DNA of 32,000 nt from Methanothermobacter thermautotrophicus str. Delta H. Its GTDB lineage: Archaea; Methanobacteriota; Methanobacteria; Methanobacteriales; Methanothermobacteraceae. Shown here one piece after another: positions 18,155 through 28,184 of the stretch. The notes below the pieces were generated by a model, which saw nothing but the letters and a program-made list of their open reading frames with translations, made no database searches and was not told where the DNA came from. How positions within the stretch are numbered: position 1 is the stretch's first letter; every line of letters starts with the position of its first letter. Position numbers and translations under genes: made by a program. The DNA lies in contig NC_000916.1 in the NCBI RefSeq assembly GCF_000008645.1, positions 1,080,001-1,112,000 of the forward strand. The letters are read 5' to 3'.

Positions 18155-18823
18155 ATGGATAGGATCAGATTCGAACAGGCAGAGAAGCTTATAAGAAAGT
18201 CATGCATTAACCTCAAGAGGGAACAGGGATTCAGGGATGCCAGTGATGGTGTCATCGACACCGGGAAGCTTCAGGAGGCCATGATGGAACTCATCGATGC
18301 CGAGGAGTACCTTTACACAAGCCTCCCAACCCATGAACTTGGAGGTGAGGATGCTTCAGAGTTCTGCAGGAAGCTGATAGCCGCCAGGGAGGCCATTGAC
18401 CATATACTCGCAGACTTCGGTGTCCTTGAAAGGCAGGACCCATCCGAGAGGATAAGGGAGGCTGCAAGGGGTAAACTCATAATTGTGAACAATTCCTCAG
18501 TCAAAAAACTCCTTGTGAAGGCGGGGGTAGAAGCTCAGAATATCCTGGTTGCAGGAGCACCCCTCTCAGTTGATGATATGAGGGAGATAAACCCAAAAAT
18601 CCCTGAAAGTGCCCTCAGGGGTATAGAGAAGAAGATAGAGCACCTCCGGAACGACATTGAGAGGAAGCTTGATGCCCTGGAGGATGTTCTGGTTGTGGGA
18701 GAACCCGATAAGAGTACAGTTCTACTCGCAGCAAGGGCGGAAGAACTCTATGGTGCCGATTCAAGGTTAATGGAGAACATAAAGGATCTGAACTCTGAGG
18801 ATATTCTGGAGTTACTCTCCTGA
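18155..18823 (+). CDS. Uncharacterised methanogen protein (possibly DUF2100)
   Basis: Full-length ORF tightly spaced after the deacetylase gene; family assignment uncertain. Confidence 0.75.
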
Positions 18824-18985
18824 TTCCTGATTTTCCATCTGCTCTGAGGTGGTCTGAACTATCAACTGAATTTTCTGCATCCAACCACTAATGAACTGTT
18901 ATGAGATATCCCTCATCACTGATTTTCCCTGCACTAACCTGAAGGACAGCCAACTGATCAAATCAGTAATACTTCACCGGACAAG

Positions 18986-18992
18986 TATATAA
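18986..18992 (+). promoter_or_regulatory. Candidate TATA box for mptA
   Basis: aagtatataagc about 60 nt upstream of the start codon. Confidence 0.5.
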
Positions 18993-19050
18993 GCAAAGTT
19001 CTCATACTATAGTTAAAACCTAGGTAACCATTACTCATGGGGTGTAAAAT

Positions 19051-20007
19051 TTGGGTTTAGTTTGTTTTCCAGATACACAGGACAAGATTCCTAGCATCCC
19101 CGTCCACCTCACAAGGGTGGGTGTTACAGGTGTTAAGAAGCTTCTGAAGATAGAGCGGGAGGGCAGAAGGCCCATAATCCTGCTTCCAACATTTGATGCC
19201 TTCGTGGATCTTCCGAGCAAACAGAGGGGGATCCACATGTCAAGGAACCCCGAGGCCATAAGTGACGTCCTCGAGGAGGTTGTTGAGAACAACGCACTTG
19301 AACTCGAATCCCTCTGCGCAGAGATAGTTAATGAACTCCTCAAGAAGCACAGGTACGCCCGGAGGGCCGAGGTAAGTATGAACAGCGACTTCATGTTCAT
19401 GAAAAGGTCGCCGGTGACCCGGAGGAAGAGTCAGGAGATGACAAAGATAATGGCAGACGCCATCGGTTACCGGGACGATGATGGGATAGTCATACGGAAG
19501 ATGATAGGGGCAGAGGTTGTGGGTATGACCGTGTGTCCCTGTGCACAGGAATCTGTCAGGGAAGCCTCACGCCAGAAGCTCCTTGAATTTCTTGACGATG
19601 AGACCGTCGAGAGAGTCCTTGACTGTGTATCCTTCGCCTCCCACAACCAGAGTGGGCGTGGCATGATAATGATAGAGGTCCCTGAGGACCAGACCATAAG
19701 GGCTGAGAAGCTCATAGACATCATAGAGAGCTCCATGAGTTCACCTGTCTATGAACTCCTCAAGAGACCCGACGAGAACGCGGTGGTGATGAGTGCCCAT
19801 GAAAATCCCATGTTCGTTGAGGACTGTGTCCGTAACATGGTCCACAGGATAGTCAGTGAGTACCCCCACCTGCCGGATGACACCATCGTTACCGTAAGGC
19901 AGATAAACGAGGAGAGCATACACAGACACAACGCCTTCGCAGAGAAGGTTGCGACCATGGGAGAACTCAGATACGAGATAGAAGAACTTAACGGTGCCGG
20001 GAGTTGA
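19051..20007 (+). CDS. mptA: GTP cyclohydrolase MptA (methanopterin biosynthesis)
   Basis: VHLTRVGVTGVKKLLKI, GAEVVGMTVCPCAQE, SFASHNQSGRG, SAHENPMFVEDCVRNM; TTG start with GGGGTG upstream. Confidence 0.92.
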   Translation: MGLVCFPDTQDKIPSIPVHLTRVGVTGVKKLLKIEREGRRPIILLPTFDAFVDLPSKQRGIHMSRNPEAISDVLEEVVENNALELESLCAEIVNELLKKHRYARRAEVSMNSDFMFMKRSPVTRRKSQEMTKIMADAIGYRDDDGIVIRKMIGAEVVGMTVCPCAQESVREASRQKLLEFLDDETVERVLDCVSFASHNQSGRGMIMIEVPEDQTIRAEKLIDIIESSMSSPVYELLKRPDENAVVMSAHENPMFVEDCVRNMVHRIVSEYPHLPDDTIVTVRQINEESIHRHNAFAEKVATMGELRYEIEELNGAGS

Positions 20008-20015
20008 TATGATTG

Positions 20016-20453
20016 ATGAAACTGCACAGGATAGCCGGAGAAATCATGGGTTTCTTTGAAGCATTTGAGGGTTCCAGACCCGCACTTGACTCCCGGGAAA
20101 TTCTCATAGTGAGGGGGATGTCCAGGAAGAGGATGAATGCGGATGACATGTCCCGGGAACTTGATAGTTTGATTGAACACCTTGGAGCCGCGGAACTGGA
20201 TTTACTCTCAGAGGAGGGCGCTGCCCTCATAGGTGTGATGGATGAACAGATAAGGTCATGTGTGGAGGTTGGAACCGAAACCGATATAGGAGGAATACAC
20301 CGTCTGAAGGAATCCCTTGAGGATATGAACTTCAGTGTTGAGTACCGCCTCTGCATGGCCGACGAGACAGGCCTCTTTGTTGTTCTCTACAGGGACCGGA
20401 GCGGAGTCGGACCCTGCTTTGTTGAGGCTGTTGTCTCTGACCTATCTGAATAA
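20016..20453 (+). CDS. Uncharacterised protein between mptA and cofG
   Basis: Complete ORF MKLHRIAGEIMGFFEAFEGSRPALDSREILIVRGMSRKRMNADDM...; start may be 20016 or 20043. Confidence 0.7.
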   Translation: MKLHRIAGEIMGFFEAFEGSRPALDSREILIVRGMSRKRMNADDMSRELDSLIEHLGAAELDLLSEEGAALIGVMDEQIRSCVEVGTETDIGGIHRLKESLEDMNFSVEYRLCMADETGLFVVLYRDRSGVGPCFVEAVVSDLSE

Positions 20454-20474
20454 TCTAATTTTAACGGTGCTCCC

Positions 20475-21554
20475 ATGCTCCACTCAAAGGACGAAGTACT
20501 CGAAGTCCTCCTCATGAAGGGGCCGGATATACTGGACCTCATGAAGAGGGCCTGTGAAACTGGAAGCGTGACCTACTCAAGGAACATATTCATACCCCTC
20601 ACAAGGGCCTGCCGGAACCGCTGCGGATACTGCACCTTCAGGTCAGACACCCCCGAGCCCCCCCTACTCGAACCTGAAGACGTTATGGGTGAGGTGAGGA
20701 GAGCCCTCTCCCTCGGCTGTACCGAGGCCCTCTTCACCTTCGGTGAGGATGCCCATGAGTTCCCAGGGGTTCGGGACAAGCTTGAATCCCTTGGCTTTGG
20801 AGATATGACTGATTACACATATCACCTCTGTGAGCTGACACTTGATGCTGGACTCCTGCCACACACCAACATGGGTGTGATAGGCTACCGCGAACTGAGG
20901 ATGCTGAAGGAGGTAAACGCATCCATGGGGCTCATGCTCGAATCAGCGAGTCCCAGGCTCATGGAAACAGAGGCCCACCGTGAAAGCCCTGGTAAGAACC
21001 CCAGATTGAGGATAAAAATGATAGAGGACGCTGGGAGACTCAGGATACCATTCACCACTGGCTTGCTCATAGGTATAGGTGAAACCATCGAGGAGAGGGC
21101 CGAGTCCCTCCTTGAGCTTAGGAGAATACAGGACAGGTACGGGCATATACAGGAGATAATAATCCAGAACTTCCGCTCAAAACCTGGAATCCCCATGGAG
21201 AACCAGCGGGAACCCTCCCTCCTTGAAATGGTGAAGATGGTTGCGGCTGCAAAGATAATGTTCCCTGATGTGAGCATACAGGTCCCTCCGAACCTGAACA
21301 GGGAAACCGGTGAGATATTCCTCCTGGCCGGTGCAGATGACTGGGGTGGTGTATCACCCATCAGCCGGGACTATGTGAATCCCGAGGCGCCATGGCCAGA
21401 GATAGATGAACTTAAAAGGATCACCGAATCTGCTGGATTTGCTCTTGAGGAGAGGCTCCCTGTATACAGAAAATTCATCTCCAGGGAGTTTCTGAGCCCC
21501 CGTGTGATGGAACGGATAGAAGAGCTTTATCCCCGGTTCATCGAGACTCTGTGA
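20475..21554 (+). CDS. cofG: 7,8-didemethyl-8-hydroxy-5-deazariboflavin synthase subunit 1 (F420 biosynthesis)
   Basis: Radical SAM CRNRCGYCTFRSD, GCTEALFTFGEDAHEFPG, NMGVIGYRELRML, IIIQNFRSKPGIPM. Confidence 0.95.
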   Translation: MLHSKDEVLEVLLMKGPDILDLMKRACETGSVTYSRNIFIPLTRACRNRCGYCTFRSDTPEPPLLEPEDVMGEVRRALSLGCTEALFTFGEDAHEFPGVRDKLESLGFGDMTDYTYHLCELTLDAGLLPHTNMGVIGYRELRMLKEVNASMGLMLESASPRLMETEAHRESPGKNPRLRIKMIEDAGRLRIPFTTGLLIGIGETIEERAESLLELRRIQDRYGHIQEIIIQNFRSKPGIPMENQREPSLLEMVKMVAAAKIMFPDVSIQVPPNLNRETGEIFLLAGADDWGGVSPISRDYVNPEAPWPEIDELKRITESAGFALEERLPVYRKFISREFLSPRVMERIEELYPRFIETL

Positions 21555-21586
21555 GTCCCGGACACCTGCTCCCATGACACTGAATC

Positions 21587-22135
21587 CTACAATTCCACGC
21601 CAGGGGATGGTAGAATTATTGTGCCCTCCACCGGATCTCCCAGTTCGATGAAGTCTCCCCTGCAGTAGAGGATGGCGACTGCTCCGGCTATGAGGGCGTC
21701 CCTCTGGTGTACACTCATCTCCAGATCTTCAATTCCCAGTTTTCTGCTCATCCATCCCGAGAGACCTGCCACTGAATCTGCAGTTCTCGGGTGGGTTTCA
21801 ATTACCTTCACCCCCATGGATCCCAGTATCTCGGCTATCTTCATGCCCCTCATGGTGAGCTCCCTCATACCCCTCCATGTGAGGGGAAGGACGGAACCAT
21901 ACCGCCTCAGCTCCAGGTCGGCCCTTCTGAAGTGGCCATATCTGCTGCAGCTGCAGTCATGTTCAAGGCAGCAGCGCCCGGCCGGGAGGGATAGGGGTGC
22001 GTCGACTGCCACCACATCTGCAGACTTAACTGCATCTATTATCTCCCGGAGGGAGAAGGCACTCAATAGTTCATAGGTGTCGCCCTCCAGGATAAAAATA
22101 CCGCTTTCCCTTCCATCTGCTGCCGCCGGATCCAC
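21587..22135 (-). CDS. DUF429-like protein (true start probably upstream of 22135)
   Basis: DVVAVDAPLSLPAGRCCLEHDC... RRYGSVLPLTWRGMRELTMRGMKIAEIL; in-frame sequence ILVPKVAGVDPAAADG continues upstream. Confidence 0.75.
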   Translation of the reverse strand: MDPAAADGRESGIFILEGDTYELLSAFSLREIIDAVKSADVVAVDAPLSLPAGRCCLEHDCSCSRYGHFRRADLELRRYGSVLPLTWRGMRELTMRGMKIAEILGSMGVKVIETHPRTADSVAGLSGWMSRKLGIEDLEMSVHQRDALIAGAVAILYCRGDFIELGDPVEGTIILPSPGVEL

Positions 22136-22298
22136 ACCCGCAACCTTAGGTACCAGAATATCACCTTCTAAATCTATGAATAGCCCCAGCGGTTACATAC
22201 CATGGAGTTATTTCTATGAATGCTTCAAACCCATATTCATATACGATGAATTCCATTTACTCCACCTGTATCATGGCACCCCCAGTTCCTGCCTGCAG

Positions 22299-23033
22299 CT
22301 AGTGTATCCTGACATCCAGCACGACATGCCAGACCCCGGGGGAGTACTTCTTTATAACGCGCTTATCAAGCAGTGAGACCCTCCTTGGATGCGCCGCCCT
22401 CTCAATCCGCCTGAGGGGTCTTGAGAATCTTATGGCCTCCGGTGCGGTTTCATGGTAATGTATAACGCCTCCATCCCTGACACACTCCATTGCGGCGTCA
22501 AGGAAGTGGTGTGTCCTTCCAACGTAACCCATTATAACCCTATCAGCATCAAGTTCCGGGGCTACCTCACGGCAGTCCCCCAGGATGGGTTCTATTATCC
22601 CTTCAACCCTGTTGAGGGTTATGTTGGATTTGAGGAGTTCAAATGAGTCCGGGTTTAACTCCACTGAGTAAACCCTGCCTGGATCTGAATGGACAGCCAC
22701 CGGTATGGAGAAGTACCCTATACCCGCGAACATGTCGACAACGGTCTCACCCTCCTCCACAAGTGACGGTATCCGGGCCCTCTCGTTTATGTTACCCCGT
22801 GACCACATGACCCTTGAGAGGTCTATCCTGAAGAGGCAGCCGTTCTCTTTGTGAACCGTTTCTGTGCCGCTGCCTGCAAGTACCCTGACCCTCGGCCTTC
22901 TGAGGGGACCATGTATACCCTCCACCCGGATTACACTCCTGACCCCCTCCATCTCAAGTAAAGCCTCTGGATCATCCGCTTCCCTGTTGAGGACTATAAT
23001 ATCTCCTATCCTTGCCCATTTCATGGTTTTCAC
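22299..23033 (-). CDS. taw2: Trm5/Tyw2-family methyltransferase, probably Taw2 (wyosine derivative biosynthesis)
   Basis: VVDMFAGIGYFSIPVAVHS, ELNPDSFELLKSNITLNRV, VIMGYVGRTHHFLDAAM (Tyw2-like rather than Trm5-like). Confidence 0.8.
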   Translation of the reverse strand: MKTMKWARIGDIIVLNREADDPEALLEMEGVRSVIRVEGIHGPLRRPRVRVLAGSGTETVHKENGCLFRIDLSRVMWSRGNINERARIPSLVEEGETVVDMFAGIGYFSIPVAVHSDPGRVYSVELNPDSFELLKSNITLNRVEGIIEPILGDCREVAPELDADRVIMGYVGRTHHFLDAAMECVRDGGVIHYHETAPEAIRFSRPLRRIERAAHPRRVSLLDKRVIKKYSPGVWHVVLDVRIH

Positions 23034-23170
23034 TGTTTAGGGGAGTGTTTAAAAAAATAAATCCATAAGTGTTCTTTTTTCCTCCAAGTATTTAATGGCT
23101 TTTACGGAAGACAAAAAAGATAATTATCATGAAATTAAACCACTTATATATAAATCCAAGGGGTTTTTTT

Positions 23171-24262
23171 ATGAGTAAGGTAAACCGTGATGAGATACTC
23201 GACATCCTTGAAGGATACAGCAGGGAAGATATAACAGTAGCAACCCTGGGCAGCCACACATCACTGCACATACTGAACGGTGCAAAGCAGGAGGGCTTCA
23301 AGACCGCAGTTGTCTGTGAGAAGGGTCGTGAAGTTCCATATCAGCGGTTCAGAGTTGCAGATGAATTCATAATGGTTGATAAATTCAGTGATATAGTGAA
23401 TGATGATGTTCAGGACGAACTGAGGTCAATGAACAGCATAATAGTCCCTCACGGCTCCTTTGTGGCCTATGCAGGTCTTGATCACATTGAAAACGACTTC
23501 TATGTCCCCATGTTCGGTAACAGGGATATACTGAGATGGGAATCCGAACGTGACCTTGAGAGGAAGCTCATGGAGGAGGCAGGTATAAGGATACCCTTCA
23601 AGTACACTGACCCTGAGGAAATAGACAGGACAGTCATGGTCAAGTTCCCTGGTGCCAGGGGTGGTCGTGGATACTTCGTGGCTTCAAGTACAGAGGAGTT
23701 CAATGAAAAGATCGACTCCATGCTGGAGAGGGGCTGGATAACTGAGGATGATGTCAAAGATGCCCACATCGAGGAATACATAGCAGGTACCAACTTCTGC
23801 ATCCACTACTTCTACTCAATCATGAACGATGAGGTCGAACTCATGGGTATGGACAGCAGATTCGAGTCAAACATCGACGGCCTCGTAAGGATACCCGCAA
23901 GGGACCAGCTTGATATAAACCTTGACCCCTCCTACGTGATAACCGGTAACCACCCGGTTGCCATGAGGGAATCCCTTCTCCCACAGGCCTTTGATATGGG
24001 AGACCGGATGGTGGAAGCAGCGAGCAAGATTGTTCCCCCTGGCATGAACGGTCCCTTCTGTCTCCAGACCATGTGCACAGATAACCTTGAGATTGTGACA
24101 TTTGAGATGAGCGCACGCACAGATGGGGGTACAAACACCTTCATGCACGGTTCAACCTACAGTTACCTCCTCCATGGTGAGGGCATGAGCATGGGCCGTC
24201 GCGTTGCAAGGGAGATCAGGGTGGCCGCAGAGCAGGACCGCCTCCCAGAAATCATAACCTGA
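23171..24262 (+). CDS. purP: 5-formaminoimidazole-4-carboxamide ribonucleotide synthetase (purine biosynthesis)
   Basis: [35 protein letters not shown]..., [28 protein letters not shown] 23171 preferred over 23129. Confidence 0.92.
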   Translation: MSKVNRDEILDILEGYSREDITVATLGSHTSLHILNGAKQEGFKTAVVCEKGREVPYQRFRVADEFIMVDKFSDIVNDDVQDELRSMNSIIVPHGSFVAYAGLDHIENDFYVPMFGNRDILRWESERDLERKLMEEAGIRIPFKYTDPEEIDRTVMVKFPGARGGRGYFVASSTEEFNEKIDSMLERGWITEDDVKDAHIEEYIAGTNFCIHYFYSIMNDEVELMGMDSRFESNIDGLVRIPARDQLDINLDPSYVITGNHPVAMRESLLPQAFDMGDRMVEAASKIVPPGMNGPFCLQTMCTDNLEIVTFEMSARTDGGTNTFMHGSTYSYLLHGEGMSMGRRVAREIRVAAEQDRLPEIIT

Positions 24263-24389
24263 TACTCCCACCTCATTCCTTTTAATGACCGGATAACCGT
24301 TCTTCAACCCCTCAGGAAGCCCCATCTATTATAAAAAAATCGCAAAGTTTAATAAGGACCTCCTGTTATATATTGGTACAGAACTTTTA

Positions 24390-24437
24390 TGTCCATGGGG
24401 ACAGCCCTTTGCAGGGTTAAATGAAAACCCTTTATAT
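24390..24437 (+). other. Cluster of short inverted repeats upstream of psmB
   Basis: TGTCC-ATGG-GGACA (24390-24403), CCCT-TTGC-AGGG (24405-24416), then GGGTT...AACCC. Confidence 0.4.
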
Positions 24438-24438
24438 A
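24431..24438 (+). promoter_or_regulatory. Candidate TATA box for psmB
   Basis: ccctttatatacc about 60 nt upstream of ATG 24499. Confidence 0.55.
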
Positions 24439-24498
24439 CCATAAAAACACAATGGGATCCAGGACTGGTTTTTTATTATTTTTATTAGAGGTGTATCT

Positions 24499-25131
24499 AT
24501 GAACGATAAAAACACGCTGAAAGGCACCACAACTGTTGGCATAACATGCAAGGATGGAGTTGTTTTTGCCACAGAGAGAAGGGCCAGTATGGGCAACCTC
24601 ATAGCCCATAAGGCTACAGACAAGATTTTTAAAATAGATGAACACATAGCCGCGACCATTGCAGGTTCAGTGGCGGATGCCCAGAGCCTCATGAAGTACC
24701 TCAAGGCTGAGGCTGCACTTTACCGCATGAGAAACTCAGAAAAGATAAGCATAGAGGCCGCTGCTGCACTCGCAGCTAATATACTACACTCATCACGTTT
24801 CTATCCATTCATAGTACAGACACTCCTTGGAGGCGTCGACGAGAACGGTGCAAAGATCTACTCCCTTGACCCGTCAGGGGGGATGATACCAGACAAGTTC
24901 GTCTCAACGGGTTCCGGTTCACCGGTTGCCTACGGGGTCCTTGAGGACAGATACAGTGATGAACTGTACGTGGACGAGGCAGTGGATGTGGCCATAAGGG
25001 CCATAAAATCCGCCATGGAGAGGGACACCTACTCAGGTAACGGAATCCTTGTGGCGACCGTCACAGAGGAGGAAGGTTTCAGGATGCTTAGTGAAGAGGA
25101 AATCCAGAAAAGGATTGAAAACCTCAACTGA
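24499..25131 (+). CDS. psmB: Proteasome beta subunit
   Basis: Short propeptide MNDKNTLKG followed by TTTVGITCKDGVVFATERRASMGN. Confidence 0.97.
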   Translation: MNDKNTLKGTTTVGITCKDGVVFATERRASMGNLIAHKATDKIFKIDEHIAATIAGSVADAQSLMKYLKAEAALYRMRNSEKISIEAAAALAANILHSSRFYPFIVQTLLGGVDENGAKIYSLDPSGGMIPDKFVSTGSGSPVAYGVLEDRYSDELYVDEAVDVAIRAIKSAMERDTYSGNGILVATVTEEEGFRMLSEEEIQKRIENLN

Positions 25132-25200
25132 TTTTTCTCCTATTTTTAATTGCAGTAAACACCTGTTTACTGATATTCCCTGTTTTTTAGAAGTGATCTT

Positions 25201-27111
25201 ATGGTTTCAGAGATGCTTGAAGAAATCAAAAGGACAATAATGCAGAGACTTCCCGAGAGGGTCCAGGTTGCGAAGGTGGAATTCGAGGGGCCCGAGGTGG
25301 TAATATACACCAAGAATCCGGAGATAATAACCGAGAACGGCAACCTCATAAGGGACATTGCAAAGGATATCCGGAAGAGGATAATTATAAGATCCGACAG
25401 GTCCGTCCTCATGGACCCTGAGAAGGCCATAAGGAAGATACATGAGATAGTGCCCGAGGAGGCCAAGATAACCAACATATCCTTTGATGATGTCACCTGT
25501 GAGGTGATAATTGAGGCCCGGAAACCAGGACTTGTGATAGGCAAGTACGGATCCACGTCAAGGGAAATAGTCAAGAACACTGGCTGGGCGCCCAAGATAC
25601 TGAGAACACCACCAATATCCTCTGAGATAATAGAAAGAATACGCAGAACACTGAGGAAGAACAGCAAGGAAAGAAAGAAGATTCTGCAGCAACTTGGGAA
25701 CCGGATACATCAGAAGCCAAAGTATGACAATGACTGGGCAAGGCTCACCGCTATGGGTGGTTTCAGGGAGGTTGGAAGGTCCTGCCTCTACCTTCAGACC
25801 CCCAACAGCAGGGTCCTCCTGGACTGTGGTGTCAACGTTGCGGGTGGAGATGATAAGAACTCCTATCCCTACCTCAATGTCCCTGAATTCACCCTTGACA
25901 GCCTTGACGCAGTCATAATCACCCATGCACACCTTGACCACTCAGGTTTCCTCCCATACCTCTACCACTACGGCTACGATGGGCCCGTCTACTGCACGGC
26001 ACCAACAAGGGACCTCATGACGCTCCTGCAGCTGGACCACATCGACATTGCCCACAGGGAGGATGAACCCCTCCCATTCAATGTGAAGCACGTTAAGAAG
26101 AGCGTGAAGCACACGATAACCCTCGACTATGGTGAGGTGACAGACATAGCCCCTGATATAAGGCTGACACTCCACAACGCGGGTCACATCCTGGGGTCTG
26201 CCATGGCACACCTCCACATAGGGGACGGGCAGCACAACATGGTCTACACAGGGGACTTCAAGTATGAGCAGAGCAGACTCCTGGAGGCTGCAGCAAACAG
26301 GTTCCCCCGGATTGAAACCCTTGTGATGGAGAGCACCTACGGGGGCCATGAGGATGTCCAGCCATCAAGGAACCGTGCAGAGAAGGAACTCGTTAAGACC
26401 ATCTACTCAACCCTCAGGAGGGGTGGTAAGATACTGATACCGGTCTTCGCTGTTGGAAGGGCCCAGGAACTCATGATAGTCCTTGAGGAGTACATAAGGA
26501 CGGGCATAATCGACGAGGTACCTGTCTACATTGATGGTATGATCTGGGAGGCCAATGCAATCCACACTGCAAGGCCAGAGTACCTCAGCAAGGACCTGAG
26601 GGACCAGATATTCCACATGGGCCACAATCCCTTCATCTCAGACATCTTCCACAAGGTGAACGGTATGGATGAGCGGAGGGAAATAGTTGAGGGCGAACCA
26701 TCCATAATCCTCTCAACTTCAGGTATGCTGACCGGTGGTAACTCACTGGAGTACTTCAAGTGGCTATGTGAGGACCCTGACAATTCCCTTGTATTTGTCG
26801 GTTACCAGGCCGAGGGGTCCCTTGGTAGAAGGATCCAGAAGGGCTGGAAGGAGATCCCCCTCAAGGATGAGGATGATAAGATGAGGGTCTACAATGTCAG
26901 GATGAACATAAAGACCATTGAGGGTTTCAGCGGTCACTCAGACAGGAGGCAGCTCATGGAATACGTCAAGAGGATATCACCGAAACCCGAGAAGATACTC
27001 CTGTGTCACGGAGACAACTACAAGACCCTTGACCTGGCATCAAGTATCTACAGGACATACCGGATAGAGACCAAGACCCCCCTGAACCTGGAAACCGTGC
27101 GTATCCAGTGA
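25201..27111 (+). CDS. aCPSF1/FttA-like KH-domain beta-CASP ribonuclease (MTH1203-like)
   Basis: N-terminal KH-like region with VIGKYG; metallo-beta-lactamase [19 protein letters not shown]-like [22 protein letters not shown], beta-CASP and [10 protein letters not shown]. Confidence 0.95.
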   Translation: MVSEMLEEIKRTIMQRLPERVQVAKVEFEGPEVVIYTKNPEIITENGNLIRDIAKDIRKRIIIRSDRSVLMDPEKAIRKIHEIVPEEAKITNISFDDVTCEVIIEARKPGLVIGKYGSTSREIVKNTGWAPKILRTPPISSEIIERIRRTLRKNSKERKKILQQLGNRIHQKPKYDNDWARLTAMGGFREVGRSCLYLQTPNSRVLLDCGVNVAGGDDKNSYPYLNVPEFTLDSLDAVIITHAHLDHSGFLPYLYHYGYDGPVYCTAPTRDLMTLLQLDHIDIAHREDEPLPFNVKHVKKSVKHTITLDYGEVTDIAPDIRLTLHNAGHILGSAMAHLHIGDGQHNMVYTGDFKYEQSRLLEAAANRFPRIETLVMESTYGGHEDVQPSRNRAEKELVKTIYSTLRRGGKILIPVFAVGRAQELMIVLEEYIRTGIIDEVPVYIDGMIWEANAIHTARPEYLSKDLRDQIFHMGHNPFISDIFHKVNGMDERREIVEGEPSIILSTSGMLTGGNSLEYFKWLCEDPDNSLVFVGYQAEGSLGRRIQKGWKEIPLKDEDDKMRVYNVRMNIKTIEGFSGHSDRRQLMEYVKRISPKPEKILLCHGDNYKTLDLASSIYRTYRIETKTPLNLETVRIQ

Positions 27112-27157
27112 GGCTAACTATTTAGATAACCTTAAACTATTCTTTAGTGGTGATTTA

Positions 27158-28174
27158 ATGGTAACCTATTCAGAATCTGGAGTGGATATAGACCTGGAGG
27201 AGCTCACCGTTTCCAGCTTAACTTCCAGGTTGAGTGACACCCTTAAGTACTGTGACGTTATCACCGGAGCCGGCCACTTCGCGGCCCTGGTGAGGATGGG
27301 TGATGTGGCCATCGCCATGAGCACCGATGGTGTCGGGAGCAAGATCCTTGTGGCGGAGATGATGAACCGTTACGATACCGTGGGTATAGACTGCATTGCA
27401 ATGGTGGTCAATGACATCCTCTGCGTGGGTGCAAGGCCGGCTGCCCTGGTCGACTACCTTGCAGTCGAACGTCCGGACCCTGAAGTGGCCGGGGAGATAG
27501 GAAAGGGACTTGCAATGGGTGCTGAAATGGCAAGGGTTGCCATAATAGGTGGGGAGACAGCATCCCTTCCCGGCATAATCCGGAACCTTGACCTGGCAGC
27601 CACGGGGATCGGCTTTGTTGATGTGGACAGGATCATAACCGGGGAGGATGTGTCCCCCGGCGACACTGTCATAGGACTTGAGAGCAGCGGGATACACAGC
27701 AATGGCCTCAGCCTCGCGCGCAGGGTATTCTTTGATGAACTTGAACTTTCCCCGGAGGATGAGATGCCCGGATCCAGCAGCAGCGTTGGGGACGAACTCC
27801 TCAGACCCACAAGGATATACGTGGAGCCCATCATGGAACTGATTGAATCAGATGTTGATGTCCATGGACTGGCCCACATAACCGGGGGAGGTTTTGGCAA
27901 CCTCAAGAGACTGAGAAAGGATGTCGGGTACCGCCTGGATTCCCTCCCAGAACCACAGCAGATATTTAGAGTTATCCACGAGGCAGGCGTTGACATAAGG
28001 GAGATGTACAGGGTCTTCAACATGGGAGTGGGTTTCTGTGCAGTTGTAGCTCCGGATGACGTGGATGAAGCCCTCAGCATACTCGGAGACAGGGCCCACC
28101 CCATCGGGGAGGTTACAGATAGGGGATCAGAGGTTGAACTCGAAGCCTGCACCGGTGAAACCATAAAACTTTAG
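27158..28174 (+). CDS. purM: Phosphoribosylformylglycinamidine cyclo-ligase-like protein
   Basis: [63 protein letters not shown]. Confidence 0.88.
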   Translation: MVTYSESGVDIDLEELTVSSLTSRLSDTLKYCDVITGAGHFAALVRMGDVAIAMSTDGVGSKILVAEMMNRYDTVGIDCIAMVVNDILCVGARPAALVDYLAVERPDPEVAGEIGKGLAMGAEMARVAIIGGETASLPGIIRNLDLAATGIGFVDVDRIITGEDVSPGDTVIGLESSGIHSNGLSLARRVFFDELELSPEDEMPGSSSSVGDELLRPTRIYVEPIMELIESDVDVHGLAHITGGGFGNLKRLRKDVGYRLDSLPEPQQIFRVIHEAGVDIREMYRVFNMGVGFCAVVAPDDVDEALSILGDRAHPIGEVTDRGSEVELEACTGETIKL

Positions 28175-28184
28175 GAGGACTTTT

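Noticed and set aside
18824-19036. Possible C/D box small RNA on the minus strand (GTGATGA near 18928)
   Set aside because: A good C box is present but no properly spaced D box (CTGA) was found on the same strand.
22077-22376. Plus strand ORF of 99 aa opposite the DUF429/Taw2 junction
   Set aside because: Mostly antisense to the DUF429 gene, no recognisable domain, and low-complexity SPSR/LPSAA start. Likely spurious.
24349-24704. Minus strand ORFs of 98 and 90 aa overlapping psmB
   Set aside because: Antisense to the highly conserved psmB start and its promoter; no family similarity recognised.
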